Shown: positions 59,977-64,000 of the stretch, piece by piece
How the letters are laid out: every line of letters starts with the position of its first letter
Position numbering within the stretch: position 1 is the first letter of the stretch
Source: a virus
DNA: 64,000 bases
IMG/VR virus record: IMGVR_UViG_3300026488_000010
Strand: one strand, 5' to 3'
Translations under genes and position numbers: made by a program
Notes under the pieces: model-generated
Seen by the model: only the letters and a program-made list of their open reading frames with translations
The model's database searches: none
What the model was told of the DNA's origin: nothing

Positions 59977-60023
59977 ACAATTTTACTTTTTTAGGAGCTT
60001 CCCATTTTTCATTTGAACATGTA

Positions 60024-60051
60024 AATGTGCTAATGTGCTAATGTGCTAATG
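60024..60051. repeat. 8-bp tandem repeat (aatgtgct) x3 that creates a stop codon
   Basis: Read directly; the TAG at 60030-60032 lies in the repeat. Confidence 0.9.
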
Positions 60052-61112
60052 ATTTCATCGGTTTCATCATCACGTAATGCTTGAATGCATGATCCCATTG
60101 TATTGTCTTCTAATGCAACAACAGTATGTGATGCTTTTCCTCCAGCTTTTGTAGGAGAGAATTTTTGATCACTATATGAACCTCCAGTACCTGAAGATGA
60201 AGATGAAGACGAAGACGAAGATGAATTTTCACCCTCTGCATGTGAACCGTAACCAATTGCCTCATTACCTTTACCCTCAGCATGTGATGCGAAACCCAGA
60301 GCTTTAGTGTTATAACCCTCTGCATGAGATGATACACCTAATGCTAAAGTGTCATGACCAAATGCTTGTGAGTTTTTACCACTCGCATCAACATTTAATC
60401 CAACTGCAATATTGTTTGATGTGGTTAAGTCTTTTTCTATAATATTAGCTGCGAGATTATATTCAACAACTGCTAAACCATTCTTTTTTTCAACTTTACT
60501 TATACAAAAATATAATTCATTTACAGGATCGTCTAAACCTTGAAAAACCAATACATATGTTTTGTTTGTTTCAGAATCATTTGTTACAATACCTTGCTCA
60601 GACCATTCGTATGTATTCTCACCAAAATCTGTATTAACTTTAAAATTATAATCAAATGATTGATTATAACTAAGCTCAGCATTAACTTGTTCAACATTAT
60701 ATATATTAACAACAATATCTTGAGTGCTCACAGATGCATCTAAACCTGATGATGCCATAATAAATAATTGTTCTGTTGGTGCGAGCATTATTTCTTGTGT
60801 TAAAATCATAACGCCATTTGGTGCAGCGCTAGTAACATGAAGTTTTTGATCATATGGTATATTATATTGATCATAAGATTCCTGATAATATTGTGTAATT
60901 AATCCTGCTCTAGCATCTAGTCCAATTGCGATGTTATTATTTTCATCAGGTTTGAATGCATCACCTAAATTTGACCAAACTATCTCTGATCGGCTATTTA
61001 ACCAACCATGTTCACCAGTATCAGTTGCGAAAACAATTTCACCTTCCAATGGTGGTAAAGTCTCTAATATTCCTTTTGTGTTTCTTCTAAATAATACGCC
61101 TGTACCAGCCAT
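60030..61112 (-). CDS. Fibre with shared N-terminal anchor and YadA-head-like (SHAEG) repeats
   Basis: MAGTGVLFRR...GEIVFATDTGE; ALG..SHAEG x3; poly-Ser linker. Confidence 0.75.
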   Translation of the reverse strand: MAGTGVLFRRNTKGILETLPPLEGEIVFATDTGEHGWLNSRSEIVWSNLGDAFKPDENNNIAIGLDARAGLITQYYQESYDQYNIPYDQKLHVTSAAPNGVMILTQEIMLAPTEQLFIMASSGLDASVSTQDIVVNIYNVEQVNAELSYNQSFDYNFKVNTDFGENTYEWSEQGIVTNDSETNKTYVLVFQGLDDPVNELYFCISKVEKKNGLAVVEYNLAANIIEKDLTTSNNIAVGLNVDASGKNSQAFGHDTLALGVSSHAEGYNTKALGFASHAEGKGNEAIGYGSHAEGENSSSSSSSSSSSGTGGSYSDQKFSPTKAGGKASHTVVALEDNTMGSCIQALRDDETDEIISTLAH

Positions 61113-61138
61113 TTTATTAATTATTATAAAGATTAAGT

Positions 61139-61169
61139 TTATTGTGAGGTTATTGTGAGGTTATTGTGA
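61139..61169. repeat. 11-bp tandem repeat (ttattgtgagg) x2.8 including a stop codon
   Basis: Read directly. Confidence 0.9.
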
Positions 61170-62699
61170 TATTTTTACAAAACCGTTATCAATATATAAT
61201 CGTCCAGGATTTGCAGGATCAGCAGTAGGTAAACTACTAAAATCAACATCTTGTAAATCTTGAGTAACCCAACTTACACCATCAAATATCAATGCGTGTC
61301 CGTACTGAGGAGAAGTTGTTAAATCAACATCGCCTAAATCACCAATTGATGTTGCATTGAATGCATCCATATCTTTAAAATTTGTATGTGTCCAATCTGC
61401 ACCATCAAACATCATAAGATCACCTGTCTGTGGCGAATTAAGAGTTACATCACCTAAATCACCAATTGATGTTGCATCCAACGCATTAAGGTCAGCGAAC
61501 TTACCAACCTGCCAAGAACCTGCTCCATCATTCATTAATATATCACCTTGATTACCAGATGGTAAACCTCCGGATCCAGCATTATCGATCTCTGATCTAA
61601 TCTTATCAGATGACCATGTAGTTGTTGATGCTTGATTTAAATCATCTAATTGTGATTCTATTGCAATTGTTCTCTCTGATACAATCTTATCAGATGACCA
61701 TGTAGTTGTTGATGCTTGATTTAAATCATCTATTGATACACCAACAGCATTATCAATCTCTGATACAATCTTATCAGATGACCATGTAGTTGTTGATGCT
61801 TGATTTAAATCATCTATTGATACACCAACAACATTATCAATCTCTGATACAATCTTATCAGATGACCATGTAGTTGTTGATGCTTGATTTAAATCATCCA
61901 ATTGTGATTCTATTGCAATTGTTCTCTCTGATACAATCTTATCAGATGACCATGTAGTTGTTGATGCTTGATTTAAATCATCTAATTGTGATTCTATTGC
62001 AATTGTTCTCTCTGATACAATCTTATCAGATGACCATGTAGTTGTTGATGCTTGATTTAAATCATCTATTGATACACCAACAGCATTATCAATCTCTGAT
62101 ACAATCTTATCAGATGACCATGTAGTTGTTGATGCTTGATTTAAATCATCTATTGATACACCAACAACATTATCAATCTCTGATACAATCTTATCAGATG
62201 ACCATGTAGTTGTTGATGCTTGATTTAAATCATCTATATCAGCACCAGAACCCGACGGGTTCGCAACATTATTTGCAGCAATAGCATTGTTGATTGATGT
62301 TGATGTTTTTGATGAACTCCAAACAGAATTTGAATTAATAGCACCATCATTGATACTTGCACCCGGTTGAATATTATTCAACAGTGTTGTAACTTGTTGT
62401 GAACTAAAAACTTTTGTATTTGATATATTAAGATCATCTACTTCCGCAAAGTCCAGTGAGTTATTATATGTTGCAAATGAGTTATTTATATATCCAACAA
62501 TTTTATTAGCTGACCACGTGTTAGGTCCTTGAATGTTATCATCCATATTTCCTAATAAATCATTCCATATAACTTGTCCATTTACAAGCCAACCATATTT
62601 TTCAGTATCTGTCGCAAATACCAATTCGCCTTGAACAGGTGGATTAAATGTAAAATAATCCTGTATTTCTCTTCGTAATAATATTCCAGTACTAGCCAT
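61161..62699 (-). CDS. Fibre with shared N-terminal anchor and eight 28-aa repeats
   Basis: MASTGILLRR...GELVFATDTEK; (I/L)DDLNQASTTTWSSDKIVSE x8; IGDLGDV...G..L.FDG..W x2. Confidence 0.8.
   Translation of the reverse strand: MASTGILLRREIQDYFTFNPPVQGELVFATDTEKYGWLVNGQVIWNDLLGNMDDNIQGPNTWSANKIVGYINNSFATYNNSLDFAEVDDLNISNTKVFSSQQVTTLLNNIQPGASINDGAINSNSVWSSSKTSTSINNAIAANNVANPSGSGADIDDLNQASTTTWSSDKIVSEIDNVVGVSIDDLNQASTTTWSSDKIVSEIDNAVGVSIDDLNQASTTTWSSDKIVSERTIAIESQLDDLNQASTTTWSSDKIVSERTIAIESQLDDLNQASTTTWSSDKIVSEIDNVVGVSIDDLNQASTTTWSSDKIVSEIDNAVGVSIDDLNQASTTTWSSDKIVSERTIAIESQLDDLNQASTTTWSSDKIRSEIDNAGSGGLPSGNQGDILMNDGAGSWQVGKFADLNALDATSIGDLGDVTLNSPQTGDLMMFDGADWTHTNFKDMDAFNATSIGDLGDVDLTTSPQYGHALIFDGVSWVTQDLQDVDFSSLPTADPANPGRLYIDNGFVKISQ
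61590..62237. repeat. 84-bp in-frame tandem array, 8 units
   Basis: atcttatcagatgaccatgtagttgttgatgcttgatttaaatcatc recurs every 84 bp. Confidence 0.9.
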
Positions 62700-63046
62700 T
62701 AGTAATCTCCATTTAATTCATCTAAATTATTTTGTATTTCACTATTATTTGAATCTATTTTTTTCTTAACTGATTGAGCAGCACCATATACACCAGCACC
62801 TGCAGTTCCAATCGCACCTGCAATAATTAAAGGTTTTAAAACAGATTCTTGTAAAATAGGTTTAGGTTTTATATCTTTTAACCCTTTTGTTATTCTACTT
62901 GAACCACCATATTGCACTTGAGCTGTAGAACCGGAGGCATTAGAAACACCGCCAATTCCTCCAGTGATACCTCCAGCACCTGAAAATGCACCATCCTCTA
63001 AAATTGTTTTTATCAATTGTTTATTTACTTTAAGTATCATTATCAA
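62699..63046 (-). CDS. Small Gly-rich protein, possible internal/ejected head protein
   Basis: GAFSGAGGITGGIGG and IIAGAIGTAGAGVYG; ILED/LQES motifs. Confidence 0.55.
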   Translation of the reverse strand: MIMILKVNKQLIKTILEDGAFSGAGGITGGIGGVSNASGSTAQVQYGGSSRITKGLKDIKPKPILQESVLKPLIIAGAIGTAGAGVYGAAQSVKKKIDSNNSEIQNNLDELNGDY

Positions 63047-63645
63047 CCACCAGGTGTAAATGCATTAGTTGTTAAACCATATGTGTTAGGTTCTTGAGAA
63101 TATTCAATCCATCCATCAATAATAAAATAATCATCTGCATCGATATACTCACCTGTTTCATATACTGTAAATTGTCTAAGTTTAATTAAATATTTATCTA
63201 ATGTTGCATTCAATTCAATACTCATTCTAAATTGCATCTTATCATCAGAGTATGCTCCACCAATAAATCTTATCTTTTTATCAAGTGATTGAAATGTATC
63301 ATCCATTGCTGGTATAATTACTCTACCTGATTGTGAATCTATTTTACCATCAGCATGGTCTTTTCTCCATCCTCTAATCATAATAAAATCATATGATAAT
63401 CTTGTAGAATTTGTGGGTATCTCAGCAATTGTAAACTCTTGAGAGTTATCACCTGTACCATTTGTATCGATGCTTACATTAATTTTTTGAGGTTTAACTT
63501 CAAAGTTTCCCCAAATAATATCCGAACCTTTTAATCTTCCAAACTCATCAGTGTCTATTGCATAAACCATTTCACCATCAACAGGTGGATCAATTATAAA
63601 ATCCGCCTTATTTGCTCTTCTAAAAAGTATTCCTGTACTTGCCAT
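63043..63645 (-). CDS. Fibre adaptor with shared N-terminal anchor
   Basis: MASTGILFRR...GEMVYAIDTDE. Confidence 0.75.
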   Translation of the reverse strand: MASTGILFRRANKADFIIDPPVDGEMVYAIDTDEFGRLKGSDIIWGNFEVKPQKINVSIDTNGTGDNSQEFTIAEIPTNSTRLSYDFIMIRGWRKDHADGKIDSQSGRVIIPAMDDTFQSLDKKIRFIGGAYSDDKMQFRMSIELNATLDKYLIKLRQFTVYETGEYIDADDYFIIDGWIEYSQEPNTYGLTTNAFTPGG

Positions 63646-63656
63646 ATTTTTTCCTT

Positions 63657-64000
63657 TTATTTATTTAACCATGAACCTAATAAAAGGTCCTGCATAATTG
63701 TCCCATTTGGACCAAACTCATCAGTGCTTATTATATATGGATTAATACATATATTCCATAATTTAACTGCTGATCCTGCTGATCCAAAATTATAATTTTC
63801 TAATATATTAGAAAATTATAATTCTCTGCACCATAAAAACCATTGTGCAATCTTATAGTGTATGGACCATATTTTTCAACATATTCAACACAGCATATTT
63901 TGAATTCAGAATCTACAAATTCTTTTGTTTTTAAGTTATCAATTGATTGTTTAGCAATCATATCTGCGTCAACGTACCAAGCATTTGTAACTTCTTTCAT
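63657..64000 (-). pseudogene. Gene entering from beyond the window, apparently frameshifted by a palindromic 26-nt duplication
   Basis: Frame 1 stops at 63800 (ENYNFLIY*); another frame is open from ENYNFGSAGSAVKLW to TAA at 63657, just before the next RBS. Confidence 0.45.

Noticed and set aside
10269-60337. Nested minus-strand alternative-frame ORFs (10269, 33437, 53386, 53830, 56263, 60110)
   Set aside because: Embedded in longer genes, with Leu/Gln/Met-rich off-frame composition and no RBS.
692-61551. All plus-strand ORFs in the track
   Set aside because: Short, lie antisense to longer minus-strand genes, and lack RBS or recognisable motifs; they are shadows of biased codon usage.
52313-63645. 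Diversity-generating retroelement, suggested by Mtd-like N-termini
   Set aside because: No reverse transcriptase in the window, and the repeats are in-frame tandem copies without adenine-specific mismatches.
1-64000. tRNA or rRNA genes
   Set aside because: Intergenic gaps are short and AT-rich; no cloverleaf or T-loop (GTTCGA) context was found by eye.

Overview
Very AT-rich segment of a large (jumbo-type, probably contractile-tailed) phage genome. Every credible gene lies on the minus strand; the plus-strand ORFs look like shadows. There are three blocks. (1) 1-9 kb: the start of a prohead-protease-like gene, a family of small Ig-like paralogues and coiled-coil fibre proteins. (2) 9-30 kb: a ~21 kb modification island set among virion genes. 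It holds a nucleotide-sugar pathway (UDP-glucose dehydrogenase, two SDR epimerases, split transketolase), an M14 deacylase, four glycosyltransferase-like genes, two U32-like Fe-S proteins, two kinase-like proteins and seven radical SAM enzymes plus one relic. It also holds a virion-type protein whose (CxCNxx)4 repeat sits directly before an S74 autocleaving chaperone and next to two rSAM/SPASM enzymes; this is the best candidate for an undescribed system. (3) 30-64 kb: morphogenesis genes (tail fibre with G2-like chaperone, Ig-domain protein, portal, tail-tube/baseplate-like protein, tape measure with M15 peptidase, terminase large subunit, LysM-like baseplate protein, spanin pair, GH135-like depolymerase and a family of fibres sharing an N-terminal anchor). 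Non-coding DNA carries a dispersed two-module palindromic element, hairpins with a conserved TTCTTGT tail, a recurring AACA-N6-TA upstream motif and short tandem repeats at gene ends. No tRNA, rRNA, CRISPR array, integrase or transposase was seen. All assignments come from motifs read by eye; no database searches were run. The host is unknown.
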